NCBI RefSeq assembly: GCF_001194135.2
Contig: NC_068994.1
Span: 4,005,170 to 4,069,169 of the forward strand
Direction of reading: 5' to 3'
Length of the DNA stretch: 64,000 bases
Source of the DNA: Octopus bimaculoides
Taxonomy: Eukaryota
Shown here: positions 13,717-25,932 of the stretch, piece by piece
Layout: each line of letters starts with the position of its first letter
How positions within the stretch are numbered: the first letter of the stretch is position 1
Made by a program: the position numbers and the translations under genes
Notes under the pieces: model-generated
What the model saw: only the letters and a program-made list of their open reading frames with translations
Told to the model about the DNA's origin: nothing
The model's database searches: none

Positions 13717-14172
13717 CAGTGGTTATCAACAGGGGACCCCTAAAGGTTCGTGTAAGATTTTTGGGGGTCCATGCAGCGAAATAGTAAATTGGGGATCTAC
13801 AATAGTATTTTAAGGGCCCCTGGAAAAAATTGCTTTAGATGTATGTATTGGAAGAAACAGTGTGGTTTCTTTCTCTAATTGTCCAGCCTACACAAGTGAA
13901 TGGGGGGAAAACGAAATGGGAATTTTGAAAGAAGTATCTATAAAACTAGTTTCTNNNNNNNNNNNNNNNNNNNNNNNNNNNNNNNNNNNNNNNNNNNNNN
14001 NNNNNNNNNNNNNNNNNNNNNNNNNNNNNNNNNNNNNNNNNNNNNNNNNNNNNNNNNNNNNNNNNNNNNNNNNNNNNNNNNNNNNNNNNNNNNNNNNNNN
14101 NNNNNNNNNNNNNNNNNNNNNNNNNNNNNNNNNNNNNNNNNNNNNNNNNNNNNNNNNNNNNGAGAACCACTG
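13717..14172. mobile_element. hAT-type MITE spanning a gap
   Basis: cagtggttatcaac ... gagaaccactg terminal inverted repeats (TIRs). An internal block of about 65 bp is nearly identical to the neighbouring copy. Confidence 0.7.
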
Positions 14173-15052
14173 TCCTATAAAGTATAAACCTTACCTGGCC
14201 TTGTGTGCTCAACTCTTGATTAAGCAGTAGGGGTACTGTCATGACTTGGGTATTTAAACTTGGTAGAGTCCACTCAGCTGTCTTCATGTCCCACCACACT
14301 GATTTCTCCAGCGAGAAAAAAAACAACTGATATCCAGTGCTCGGCTGGTCCTTCCTTTATGGACGCCCCCCCCCCGGCCGCCGCCACCACCACTAAAAGG
14401 ATGGAAGGCAGAATGAACCTTGATGGGATTTGAAATCAGAATATCAAGGATTGGAACGCAAGGTGTCAAGCATTTTAACGACCTTGCTAATGAAGTGGTG
14501 GGAAATAAGCGGAGTGATTATCTTTTTACTTGCTTCCTTGTGGCCATACTGGGGCACCATTTTGAGGGGTTTAGTCAAACAAGTCACCTGCGGAACATAC
14601 TTTGCAAGTCTGATATGCAAATTTATTGATCTCTCGTCCTGAACCATTAAGATACAGGGATCTAAACAAACCCATACTAGTTGTCAAGTGGAACGGAAAC
14701 AAACACCATTAAGGAAATATTACATTGCTTGGAAATGGGTGGATTCGGTGACCAGAAGGGCATCAGGCTGTAGAAAACCTTAACAAATTCCATCTGAGCC
14801 ATGCAACGCAAGGAAATACTGGCATTAAATGATGATGTGGGGAATTCTTTATAATGAAAGTAATTAAATATTGTGCGTTTAATTATAAAATTTACTCCAT
14901 TACACAAGTGTGATGATGTAAATTATATCTTTTATTTAAGACTGGTTTGTTTTGTGGCTAGAAATCCAATCACTATTAAATTTCATAGGAAATTGTAATT
15001 GTGAAAGCAAATATTGGACAGTCATCTCAAAGCTTATTGAATATACTCGGAT

Positions 15053-15416
15053 ATTATTACCTCTGCCTTAGCAAAACTGGAGGTATTGTTTTCAGTCGTG
15101 TTTGTTTGTTTGTCAGTGGACAAGATATCTCAAGAACCGCTGGATGGATTTGGATGAAACTTTCAGGGATGTTTGGCCTCATGACTAGCATGAACTGATT
15201 AGATTTTAGGATCGATCTGGTACTGGACAAGGATTCTGGGTTATTTTTCCTGTTTTTTAACTTAATTTTTGAGAGCAGTCAGGTTTGTTTTTAGTATTCT
15301 TGTTTGTGAGAGCAGTCGAGTTTTTCAGATATTCTCATTTTAAAAATCATCTCTGGCTAATTGTTGAGAGGACGTTGGTGTTGTCTTGGCGGAGGTTTGC
15401 ACTCTCTGAATGCTCA
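15053..15416 (+). mobile_element. Probable Helentron-associated interspersed element (HINE, DINE-1-like)
   Basis: 5' attacctctgcc is imperfectly complementary to the 3' subterminal cttggcggaggt. A (TTTG)n run lies near the 5' end and a short imperfect stem-loop gcactctctgaatgc at the 3' end. This matches the known HINE/DINE-1 architecture. Confidence 0.55.
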
Positions 15417-15436
15417 TTATTATTATTATTATTATT

Positions 15437-15575
15437 GAGCTGGCGAGCTGGCAGAATTGTTAGAGCGCTGAGCGAAATACTTAGCGGTATTTCATGCTTT
15501 TGCATTCTGAGTTCAAATTCTGCCGAGGTCAACTTTGCCTTTCATCCTTTCAGGGTCAATAAGTATTTGGAAATC
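15437..15575 (+). mobile_element. SINE family II (short tRNA-derived)
   Basis: ggcgagctggcagaattgttag..ctgagttcaaattctgccgaggtcaactttgcctttcatcctttcagggtcaataagta. Also at 45331-45545 (+), 44815-44975 (-) and 12385-12560 (-). Confidence 0.8.
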
Positions 15576-16354
15576 AAACTTCTTGCCCACAGCCATACCT
15601 GTGCCTATGTGGAAGAATTAAAGNNNNNNNNNNNNNNNNNNNNNNNNNNNNNNNNNNNNNNNNNNNNNNNNNNNNNNNNNNNNNNNNNNNNNNNNNNNNN
15701 NNNNNNNNNNNNNNNNNNNNNNNNNNNNNNNNNNNNNNNNNNNNNNNNNNNNNNNNNNNNNNNNNNNNNNNNNNNNNNNNNNNNNNNNNNNNNNNNNNNN
15801 NNNNNNNNNNNNNNNNNNNNNNNNNNNNNNNNNNNNNNNNNNNNNNNNNNNNNNNNNNNNNNNNNNNNNNNNNNNNNNNNNNNNNNNNNNNNNNNNNNNN
15901 NNNNNNNNNNNNNNNNNNNNNNNNNNNNNNNNNNNNNNNNNNNNNNNNNNNNNNNNNNNNNNNNNNNNNNNNNNNNNNNNNNNNNNNNNNNNNNNNNNNN
16001 NNNNNNNNNNNNNNNNNNNNNNNNNNNNNNNNNNNNNNNNNNNNNNNNNNNNNNNNNNNNNNNNNNNNNNNNNNNNNNNNNNNNNNNNNNNNNNNNNNNN
16101 NNNNNNNNNNNNNNNNNNNNNNNNNNNNNNNNNNNNNNNNNNNNNNNNNNNNNNNNNNNNNNNNNNNNNNNNNNNNNNNNNNNNNNNNNNNNNNNNNNNN
16201 NNNNNNNNNNNNNNNNNNNNNNNNNNNNNNNNNNNNNNNNNNNNNNNNNNNNNNNNNNNNNNNNNNNNNNNNNNNNNNNGGAAAACCATTAGAAATCGTA
16301 GGCTGCCCATCATTTCCGATGGTAGCTGGACCTCATCTTTTCCCTTTGTATTAA

Positions 16355-16470
16355 AAAGTTTAGTTTTTGTTTAGTTTACTTTTAAGGGCGTTCAGTTCCA
16401 GGGTTCCTTTCCATGCCTGGAGTTTGTTCTCAAAACCTTCTGCAGTGATCTGGCATTTCATTCTGGACAG
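16355..16470 (-). mobile_element. RTE-type LINE reverse transcriptase fragment
   Basis: The translation ITAEGFENKLQAWKGTLELNALKSKLNKN resembles the RTE RT segment (IAES..EL..K...WK..LE..GLKVN..KT), judged by eye. Confidence 0.5.
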
Positions 16471-16652
16471 GAATCCTTCGCCGTCTGAGGAACAGCGGCC
16501 ATTATCACACACATGCATATCTGTAATGGTTGTTATTTTGAATTTGTGAAGATGTCCTGATTTGATTTTCTTTGTTGCTGAAATAGTTTTTAAATTGACC
16601 AAAATATAAACAACCATTGCCTCACAACTGGTTACAAGTTGTTAGTTTAGGG

Positions 16653-16966
16653 CAGTGGTTTTCAACCTGGGTCCATATAAGATTTTCTGGGGTTCACACA
16701 AGCAAAATAGTAAACTAGGTCCCACAATAATATTGTATGGGTCCATGAAATAGTTTTGTTTCAGATGTATTTAATGCAAGAGACTGCAGTTTCTTTCTCA
16801 AGTCCAACGTACGATAGTGAATGCATGAAAAACAAAATAAGAATATTGAAAGACGTATCTATGAAATGAGTTTTTAAACATCAGATAGGTTAGGGGGGGG
16901 GCCCATCATCAGAATAGGGTGGTAAAGTAAGAGGTCCATAAATTATAAAATGGTTAGGAATCACTG
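16653..16966. mobile_element. hAT-type MITE with 8-bp target-site duplication (TSD)
   Basis: cagtggttttcaacc...ggttaggaatcactg. Flanks gtttaggg and gtttacgt match at 6/8. Confidence 0.75.
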
Positions 16967-17656
16967 GTTTACGTTTGGTTTTTAACCGATAACTTTACTT
17001 TATAGAAAGTGCAGAGGTTCAACATTTTGCAGACCTATCTTTAATCTCTGTCATCAATCTCTAATGATAATTGTTATAAATGTTGGCCGGTCGATTGATT
17101 TCTCAAGTTATGCTCTTTACTCTGCAAAAAGGGAGAGAGAGAGTAAAAGAGAGACGGAGAGAGTTAAGAGCTGTAAAGGTCTCCTTTAATTTTCTCTAAA
17201 ATAAGCATTTTTAATGGAATTGTTCACAGATAAGTTTGGAATAAATTTGGGATTAGGTTTTTAAAATTTAGAAAAATCTTAATATCTATTACGAATATAC
17301 AAATGAGAAATTTGTTTTAATTTTATTTTATTTTAAGGTAATGAATATTTTTTTCTTTTGGAAAAAATTAACTTTCATTCCATCATTTTGTATAAACACC
17401 AAGAAATTTTTATTGATGTTAAAATCTGATTATTGCATGTATACCAAATTTCTCGATGGCAAAAGCATACTTCCAAAGTTACCTGTCATATGATGGTTAA
17501 TCCTTAACCAATAATCAATTATTTCAATCGCAAAAAATATTAATTTCTTTACCAATATTTCATGTTTCATACAAAGTATGCCATTTACATTCAATAAACT
17601 CAAACGACCAGTCTAATTAAAAGAAAAATATTTTGAACTAATTTTCAGACATATCT

Positions 17657-18289
17657 ATGGATAATGGTGAACCAACCCGTGAAGATGAAGGTGTCTTAGT
17701 CATTTCTTCTGAATCGACCCCAATCCCAGAACCAGAGACAAGAATCCTCCAAAATAGCTATAAATCTGGTATTGTGCGCCGCCAAGCTCGCCTAAGTACG
17801 AAGCTGTTTCATTGTGATACCTGTGGGAAAGATTTCTCCAGGAAGGAATATCTGCAAATGCATCAGAAAAGTCATTTGCCTGAAAATCCGTTTACGTGCA
17901 AAATATGTGGCAAAGAATTCGACAGGAATTTTCCTTTGAAGAAACACCAACAGACTCATGAAACTGCCAAGAAACGGAGAGAGAAATATAAAGAGAACAG
18001 ATTTAAATGTGAAATCTGTGATGAGAAATTCACTGACCATTCCAGTTTGATGGTTCATTATTCCAGTAAACATTCAAATGGCAACGATGACGTCAAAGGA
18101 AAAAAGGACTCAATAGCGGAGTTCTCCTGCCATATCTGTGGCAAGTTCTACAAGAAAGAGATTTCTCTTAAACGTCACATACCTATCCACAAAAAGAAGC
18201 CATTTCATTGTGATTTATGCAAGAGAAACTTTGTGTTAGATAAACAGCTGCAAGAACACCAAGCCAAACATGGAATTAACAAAGATTAA
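17657..18289 (+). CDS. C2H2 zinc-finger protein, 5 fingers, non-canonical linkers (ZNF-A)
   Basis: 210-aa ORF with five Cx2C..Hx3-4H motifs (CDTC..HQKSH, CKIC..HQQTH, CEIC..HYSSKH, CHIC..HIPIH, CDLC..HQAKH). The acceptor ttttcag ends at 17648, so an upstream coding exon is possible. Confidence 0.95.
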   Translation: MDNGEPTREDEGVLVISSESTPIPEPETRILQNSYKSGIVRRQARLSTKLFHCDTCGKDFSRKEYLQMHQKSHLPENPFTCKICGKEFDRNFPLKKHQQTHETAKKRREKYKENRFKCEICDEKFTDHSSLMVHYSSKHSNGNDDVKGKKDSIAEFSCHICGKFYKKEISLKRHIPIHKKKPFHCDLCKRNFVLDKQLQEHQAKHGINKD

Positions 18290-18390
18290 TTATAATAATG
18301 ATAAATCAAAGTTGTTGTTTACTCATCTCACTCTTGATTAAAGCAGATTTATGACTAAATACATTTGACTTGTGTTTATTTCTTCTATAA

Positions 18391-18590
18391 GTGCAGGCTT
18401 GGCTGTGTGGTTAAGAAGTTGCTTCCCAGTTGTGCGGTCTCCGGTTCAGTTCCATTGTGTGGCACCCTGGGCAAGTGTCTTCTATGTAGGCCTGGGCTAA
18501 TCAAAGCCTTGCAAGTAGATTAGCAAGTTGGTGGAAACTGAAAGAAACCCATCATGTGTGTGTGTGTGTGGGTGTTTGTGTGATGGTTGC
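18391..18590 (+). mobile_element. SINE family I (5' half), about 100 bp after the ZNF-A stop
   Basis: ggcttggctgtgtggttaagaag..ggttcagttccattgtgtggcaccctgggcaagtgtcttct..ggaaactgaaagaa. Confidence 0.85.
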
Positions 18591-21244
18591 ACATCAGCAT
18601 CCCCCATCATTCAAACGATGTTGTTTCTAGTCTTCTTAGATCTTGGTCATTATTTAACCATGGCCATGCTGGTGCACCATCTTCAAAGTAATCATGCAAT
18701 GTCTTGTAGCTTTTGACCTTTTGATGATGTGGGTCTTTAGTTCTTGGTTGACATTGTAGGGTAGGTGTGAGAGGCAAGATCTGGCCTTTCTGAACATAAA
18801 TCAGGTAAAATATTTTGGACAGATATGGCTAAAGTGGAATGGCTTTGGTCAGGGATTGAAACCACATTGTGTTGCAAACATACCAGATGGTTATCTCTTG
18901 TTTCTTACTGTTTCGTTACTAAATAGTGCATCATAGCAAGATGTATGGGTAGGATGCTGAATTCCTGACCAGAAGATCAGGAGTTCAAACTTTACTCCAC
19001 CCCAGCTGTTGTAGTGAACCAACGAGGGAGTAAATATGTGGTCACCTGGTTTGTTAGAAATAGCAGCTAAATCTTCAACACTCGTGCTGTAACTCTTTAG
19101 AAAAACAGGGCTACATCAAAGGAATAACCACAGCTGGAAGGCTTTTGATCATAGGTCTGCTGCCTCAAGGTTGGCTTGTGGTTAAACAACAACAAATATG
19201 ACAGTGACTCTCTGCCTCTATGCAAGGCACATAACTCTGCATGACACACTCTGCTAAAATATTAAAACAATAGGAAAAGTGTTATCATCTGACTCCTGTC
19301 TCTAACTCAGGGGTCAGCAAGACTCCATACATCATTGACCCCTTCGTGGAATCATTGATAACTTATCGACCCCCACCATGTCTGGTGCTCTAACAATTCA
19401 GCCAATGTCCATCGCCTTGTCTGTCTGTGTGTCCTGCTAGATTCTTTCTAGAAGATCCCAGGAATGGGAAGAAACAAAACAGAAAAGAGATACAATGACA
19501 ACAACAACAATAAACACACAACAAAAAAACAGAAAAGTAAAATACAACACAGTTATTCCTGTGTTTCACTTTAATTAACCCCCCCCTCTCTTTTTTGTTG
19601 ATGATAGTTGTTTTTTTTTCTTTTGTCTTTAATTAATTGTCTTTAGTTTGTCGTTAGAAACAAATCTCCACATTTTACAGTTTAAAACATTGTTGGGGGG
19701 AAAAAAAAAGCATTTCATTTTTAGATAATAATAACAATAATAATAATAATAATTGTTATTTCATTTTCTGTTTTAAATCAAATTTTTTTATAGAGATGAG
19801 GTGTTTATTATTATTATTATTATTATTATTATCATTATTATTATTTTTTTTTTTTTNNNNNNNNNNNNNNNNNNNNNNNNNNNNNNNNNNNNNNNNNNNN
19901 NNNNNNNNNNNNNNNNNNNNNNNNNNNNNNNNNNNNNNNNNNNNNNNNNNNNNNNNNNNNNNNNNNNNNNNNNNNNNNNNNNNNNNNNNNNNNNNNNNNN
20001 NNNNNNNNNNNNNNNNNNNNNNNNNNNNNNNNNNNNNNNNNNNNNNNNNNNNNNNNNNNNNNNNNNNNNNNNNNNNNNNNNNNNNNNNNNNNNNNNNNNN
20101 NNNNNNNNNNNNNNNNNNNNNNNNNNNNNNNNNNNNNNNNNNNNNNNNNNNNNNNNNNNNNNNNNNNNNNNNNNNNNNNNNNNNNNNNNNNNNNNNNNNN
20201 NNNNNNNNNNNNNNNNNNNNNNNNNNNNNNNNNNNNNNNNNNNNNNNNNNNNNNNNNNNNNNNNNNNNNNNNNNNNNNNNNNNNNNNNNNNNNNNNNNNN
20301 NNNNNNNNNNNNNNNNNNNNNNNNNNNNNNNNNNNNNNNNNNNNNNNNNNNNNNNNNNNNNNNNNNNNNNNNNNNNNNNNNNNNNNNNNNNNNNNNNNNN
20401 NNNNNNNNNNNNNNNNNNNNNNNNNNNNNNNNNNNNNNNNNNNNNNNNNNNNNNNNNNNNNNNNNNNNNNNNNNNNNNNNNNNNNNNNNNNNNNNNNNNN
20501 NNNNNNNNNNNNNNNNNNNNNNNNNNNNNNNNNNNNNNNNNNNNNNNNNNNNNNNNNNNNNNNNNNNNNNNNNNNNNNNNNNNNNNNNNNNNNNNNNNNN
20601 NNNNNNNNNNNNNNNNNNNNNNNNNNNNNNNNNNNNNNNNNNNNNNNNNNNNNNNNNNNNNNNNNNNNNNNNNNNNNNNNNNNNNNNNNNNNNNNNNNNN
20701 NNNNNNNNNNNNNNNNNNNNNNNNNNNNNNNNNNNNNNNNNNNNNNNNNNNNNNNNNNNNNNNNNNNNNNNNNNNNNNNNNNNNNNNNNNNNNNNNNNNN
20801 NNNAAAATAAAAAAGAAAAAAAAAAACAACTATGTAAGGAGGTGGGGAGAAGGAAAAGATATTGGGGGGTTGGAGATGGGGGTGTGTGTGTGTGAAAAAC
20901 CCTGCACAACGGGGATGGGTGGAGATGTGATGGAGGTGTTTGTCTGAGTGAAGGACACATATATAGGAGAGATATAGAAATGGGAGGTGTGGTGAAGATA
21001 TACGCATAATTATGTATATGCGCATGTGAGTATATGTGTGCATACATATACATATGTAAATACATATATATATATATATATATAGAAGGTAACAGATACA
21101 CACACGCATACATGCACACATCTATATATATATACATACATAGGATATAGATACACACATACATAAAGTAGAAAAGTAGAGCGAGAGAGTGTGTTAGCGT
21201 GTGTTTTGTGTGTGTTTTTTATGGATGTGTAGGAACCATTCTCA

Positions 21245-21889
21245 TCAGTTGTCGCTAGTCTTATGCATGCGTTTGTGCCTGAGCAGTGTGTCACTGCGAG
21301 CAAACTGCTTGCTGCAGATGACACACTGGAACGGCTTCTCGCCGGTGTGAGTTCGTCTGTGTGTTTTCAGGTGATGCTTCTGTCCGAAGTGTTTCGAGCA
21401 AATGTCACAGTGGAATGGTTTCTCTCCGGAGTGAGTGCTCTTGTGGATGCGTAGCGTGCCGCGGCGAGCAAACTGCTTGCTGCATACGTCGCAGTGGTAG
21501 GGCTTGGAGGAGTTGTCGGACTTTGGGATCGCGGCAGCTGCAGCTGCACGGGCCCGTGAACGAGCGGCGGTCGATGCCGTCGTGTTCCGAGAGCGAGCCG
21601 GGGCTGGTGCCGTGACAGGCTGTGGGGGCAGCGGTGCTTGTGGAGGCGGTTGTGGTGCAGGAGACATGGGAGAAGGGGCCGAGGAAGAGGAGTCGTCGTC
21701 TCCATCGTCGTCGCCGTCCTCGTCGGCTTCTGCATCCTGGTCAGTCTCGGCGTCGGCCGGTTCGGTCACTGGGACCGGTGTGTTGTTCACCATGACAAGG
21801 GGCGTTGCTCTGTTGCCGCTGATGCTGACCATAACTCTCGCATTTGGAGGAAGTGACCCACTGCCACCACCACCACTGCTAGCAGTACC
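21245..21889 (-). CDS. C2H2 zinc-finger protein, 3 C-terminal fingers, with G/S-, acidic, Pro- and Ala-rich N-region (ZNF-B; 5' part in gap 21890-22584)
   Basis: 214 codons plus TGA. Three fingers joined by SGEKP/TGEKP linkers (YHCDVC..HKSTH, FHCDIC..HRRTH, FQCVIC..HKRMH). GC-rich compared with the flanks. Confidence 0.95.
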   Translation of the reverse strand, partial: GTASSGGGGSGSLPPNARVMVSISGNRATPLVMVNNTPVPVTEPADAETDQDAEADEDGDDDGDDDSSSSAPSPMSPAPQPPPQAPLPPQPVTAPAPARSRNTTASTAARSRARAAAAAAIPKSDNSSKPYHCDVCSKQFARRGTLRIHKSTHSGEKPFHCDICSKHFGQKHHLKTHRRTHTGEKPFQCVICSKQFARSDTLLRHKRMHKTSDN

Positions 21890-22584
21890 NNNNNNNNNNN
21901 NNNNNNNNNNNNNNNNNNNNNNNNNNNNNNNNNNNNNNNNNNNNNNNNNNNNNNNNNNNNNNNNNNNNNNNNNNNNNNNNNNNNNNNNNNNNNNNNNNNN
22001 NNNNNNNNNNNNNNNNNNNNNNNNNNNNNNNNNNNNNNNNNNNNNNNNNNNNNNNNNNNNNNNNNNNNNNNNNNNNNNNNNNNNNNNNNNNNNNNNNNNN
22101 NNNNNNNNNNNNNNNNNNNNNNNNNNNNNNNNNNNNNNNNNNNNNNNNNNNNNNNNNNNNNNNNNNNNNNNNNNNNNNNNNNNNNNNNNNNNNNNNNNNN
22201 NNNNNNNNNNNNNNNNNNNNNNNNNNNNNNNNNNNNNNNNNNNNNNNNNNNNNNNNNNNNNNNNNNNNNNNNNNNNNNNNNNNNNNNNNNNNNNNNNNNN
22301 NNNNNNNNNNNNNNNNNNNNNNNNNNNNNNNNNNNNNNNNNNNNNNNNNNNNNNNNNNNNNNNNNNNNNNNNNNNNNNNNNNNNNNNNNNNNNNNNNNNN
22401 NNNNNNNNNNNNNNNNNNNNNNNNNNNNNNNNNNNNNNNNNNNNNNNNNNNNNNNNNNNNNNNNNNNNNNNNNNNNNNNNNNNNNNNNNNNNNNNNNNNN
22501 NNNNNNNNNNNNNNNNNNNNNNNNNNNNNNNNNNNNNNNNNNNNNNNNNNNNNNNNNNNNNNNNNNNNNNNNNNNNNNNNNNNN

Positions 22585-22699
22585 TTTCTTTTGTCACAAG
22601 TGTTGGACATGTAACGTATGTGAGAGTGTAACGACTGTACTTGTGACAGAGTCCAGGGCTCAAAGAAGACCTCCACAAATTTATTGCAAAAATATACTC
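22585..22699 (-). other. Probable 5' part of the main ZNF-B exon
   Basis: Minus-strand acceptor atcaatttcag at 22700-22710. An ATG at 22610 (MSNTCDKR) runs into the gap. Two frames are open, so the true start is unresolved. Confidence 0.55.
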
Positions 22700-23634
22700 C
22701 TGAAATTGATTTCCGGTGAAAACAAGTGTATATAAAAGTATATACACAACTATATGTATATATTGATGTATATATATATATATATATAGTGATGGGGAAG
22801 TGTCACTGTTGGTGAAATTTGGTGATGAAGAAATGAAGAGAATTCTTAAAGGCTGCTGCTTCTCATATTGCTGACTTTTGCGAAGATAGAAGGATGTGGG
22901 CCTTTGGAGAAATAAACGAGAGCGGAATATTTTGAATAATGTGAAGATATTAACTTGAAAGTGTGTTCATTTTGATTTAGGGTTCAGATATGGCCCCTAA
23001 AGAAAACATCCAGTGTTGGGGACTAAAACAGCAATTAAAATATATTCAATGAGTGAAAGGTGATCAGAGTGGAGTGGAGAGTGTACGTAGCAGGTGAGTG
23101 AGAGGTGTCCTGAGATGCCGAGTGTGTCTATCAAGTAGAGTGCAGTGTCCATTGAGTGATTGCATTTAGAGTGTGGCTAAAAGATGAACGAATGTCCCCT
23201 TTTGTTTTTTTTTTTGCTCACTGGGTGAGTGCAGAAAGGGTGTGGGTGAAGAATGTCCTTAAGACCTCGAGTAAAACAGTCGAGAAACAGAGATATAGAA
23301 CAATGGCGAGGTTTGGTGTTGGAAGTGATGTACACGAGAAGAATGAGTGGACTTCATCCAGGAGAAACCGGTTGCAATGTTGAACCTTCTGGTTCTTGTC
23401 CTGCTTTGAAATTGGGGGCTTCAGGACTTGTCTTCTGCCCCGACACTTGATGCTTTAATCTTTAAAACTGTCTTGGTTTCAACTTGCTGTGTAGCCCAAT
23501 TATATTACTGGTACTTCACTGACACTGGAGGGAAGAGTAGCTGATGTCTGGTTGGTTCTCAAAAAAAAAAAAGGTTTGGTTTTTCCACTCCTCTCAGATA
23601 GAAAGTAATGAACACGGAGAAGATTCTCATTCAC

Positions 23635-23672
23635 CTGGCATTGCACATTGGTAAGAAGGGGTCTCTAGGGAT
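23635..23672 (-). other. Candidate 38-nt upstream exon of ZNF-B
   Basis: On the minus strand a long T tract plus gcag acceptor is followed 38 nt later by a CAG|GTGAAT donor. Confidence 0.55.
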
Positions 23673-23889
23673 CTGCAAAAAAAAAAAAAAAGACACATTT
23701 TAATAAACTCCATATATGGTGTTCACAAAAGCTGCTACTTTCACAGCTCTTTCAGTTTGAATATCAACAGAAATGTTATCTCTAAGAGACTGAAATGGAT
23801 AAACTTCAAAGATAAATGGAACAAGAAAGAATGTTTTTAACTGTTTCCCGACCATATTCCTGACAAAAAACACTTGAAGGGCCATCAAA

Positions 23890-24120
23890 GGGAACAAATT
23901 ATAAATGGTCTGGCCACATCACTTGTCTGGAGAACAACAGAGGGACAATCAGGGTGATGGAATGGACACCAAGACAAATGGACAAGATCAAGAGGCAGAC
24001 CAAAGATAAAATGGTGAGATGACCTCACCCTCTACCTGAGGCCTACATGGCCACGACTGGCCAGAAGCAGAGGTGGAAGGAGTCCAGGGAAAGGTTCTCC
24101 CTTGAAGAGTGATGAAGCCC
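23890..24120 (+). mobile_element. RTE-type LINE C-terminal fragment
   Basis: KWSGHITCLENNRGTIRVMEWTPR, then after a frameshift RSRGRPKIKW*DDL. Resembles the RTE WAGH...W.P...R.RGRP..RW.DD motif. Confidence 0.65.
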
Positions 24121-24589
24121 TGGATAAGGAAGAATCTGAATGCTAAAGGGGAGGGCAAGCCAAAAGGGTTTGTGTTTGCTTGGGTTCATGCAGGAATCAA
24201 CTGCTTCTGTTCATAATAATCATTTTTTAAAAAGTTAAACTGTACTTCAACAGAAACATAGCAACAAGAAGGTTAGTGTGATTTGACTGCTATTTCTGGA
24301 CCAATGCAAAACCTGTAGAAGTTAGTGGAACAACTGACAACTATGAAGGTTACGTCAATAGTGAAGAGAAGCTATTTTGCCCTCGATATCTATTTGCCAG
24401 CCTGGTGGACTGGGTCCCTCGACAGAGCTTTTGAACTGTTCGTTTTTCAGGTAATTGTCAATGAAAACTCTTTAGAAGCCTATCATATGTGTGTATGTGT
24501 GTGGGGTTCATGTGGATGTGTGTGTATGTTTATATTGGCCATTTGTGAGATAGAACTAACTCCTTTAATCCCAACCTGCCAAGACTGCG

Positions 24590-24983
24590 CTTCATTCTAT
24601 GATACAAACTTATTCTTTCAAAGTGATTCTCAATAAAAACCTTCCATCAAAACTTCATGTCAATTTATGTTCTAAACACCAGCTTAATAACGGCAAAGTT
24701 ATTTTTAAAAATAGGGAAACAAAAGGGTTAATCACCATCATCATCATCAATTGATGTCTGTTTTCCATGCTGGCATGGGTTGGATGGTTTGACAGGAACT
24801 GGCAAGCCAAAGAGCTGCACCAGGCTCCAGTTGTCTGTTTTGGTATGGTTTCTATGGCTGGATGGATGCTCTTTCTGATGCGAAAATGATCTCAAGTAAT
24901 CTAAATTAAAACCTTCCATCTAACCACCAGCTCAATAACGACAAACAAACGATTTCAACAGAAATCAGTAACAAAAGGGTTAA
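24590..24983. mobile_element. piggyBac-type MITE fragments with a nested (GAT)n-tailed repeat (24730-24885)
   Basis: Two ends reading aaaagggttaa. The body resembles the reverse complement of 52847-53062. The insert reads catcatc..ttttccatgctggcatgggttggatggtttgac. Confidence 0.6.
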
Positions 24984-25725
24984 AGTGTCAGCCAGTTCGA
25001 CCCCTAAATTAACTGGGCCCTGTGTGTTTTTGATAAATATTCAAGTTAGGTCTCCAATCTGAGGATATTTTCCTCTCACCAGTTACAGGTACCCTGAAAA
25101 AAGGGGTCACAGGTACTGCCCCATTCTCCCCTCATTCAGCCATTAAAAATAAAAGATAAACAAAACCAGAAATACCTCGCGGTATTTATGTCCAACCGAG
25201 TTATCTCCCCTTTTGTTTGTATTTTATGTCTTAGGAGATTGATGAAACACCAGATTGATGTGACTAATGTAATTCAGTGGTTCTCAGCCCTTTTTTCAGT
25301 TTCCATCTACCAAATTCGCAAGACTTTGGTCGGCCCAGAACTATAGTAAAGGACATTTGTCTAATGTGCCGCGCAGTGGGACTCAACCCCAAACCACATG
25401 ACTGTGAAGTTTCTTAACCACACAACCACCTATGTCCCTGGATGTTGGAAGTATATTGGTTCATCTGGAAATCTTAACTGTAATATCCCAGAACCTTATG
25501 CAAATGGAGAGACATCTCATTCTCTGTCTCACCATCCCTGTCACATTTCTGGAAAGAACACTTCATTCTACACATCCATAGTTCATTGAGCCAACAGCAA
25601 TAAGCACCAAAGCACACAGAAATCTTACATAATCCCCCAACGTCTTCTCCAAAGGAAAAATTTAAATCTCATCCCATGTTTCTCAACAGAACCCTATCGT
25701 CTACATTGCCTCAGTTCATCTAACT

Positions 25726-25932
25726 CAGTGGTTCTCAACCATTTTTATTCTATGTACCCCTTTCACTCTTATTTTACTTTACTGGACCCTCAGTCATTTG
25801 ATGTTTAAAAAATCCTGTTATGGTTTTATTATTAAATATTATTAGAAATTGTACAAAAAAAAATTCTTAAAATATTTTGTGAGAGTAAAACAAAACCTTA
25901 TGTGGATCCCCAAGGGTCATATGGTCCCACTG
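25726..25932. mobile_element. hAT-type MITE with 8-bp TSD
   Basis: cagtggttctcaacc ... cccactg. Flanks atctaact and atctaggt match at 6/8. Confidence 0.65.

Noticed and set aside
19756-21164. Long ORFs (350-460 aa) spanning N-runs, also at 9101, 15285, 47322, 54605 and 60616
   Set aside because: They are open only because Ns contain no stop codons.
21361-21856. Antisense and alternative-frame ORFs over ZNF-B, and similarly over ZNF-C and ZNF-A
   Set aside because: Shadow ORFs caused by GC-rich or repetitive codons of the real CDS.
23050-23420. Possible CR1 endonuclease relic on the minus strand
   Set aside because: Motifs are too degraded to support by eye.
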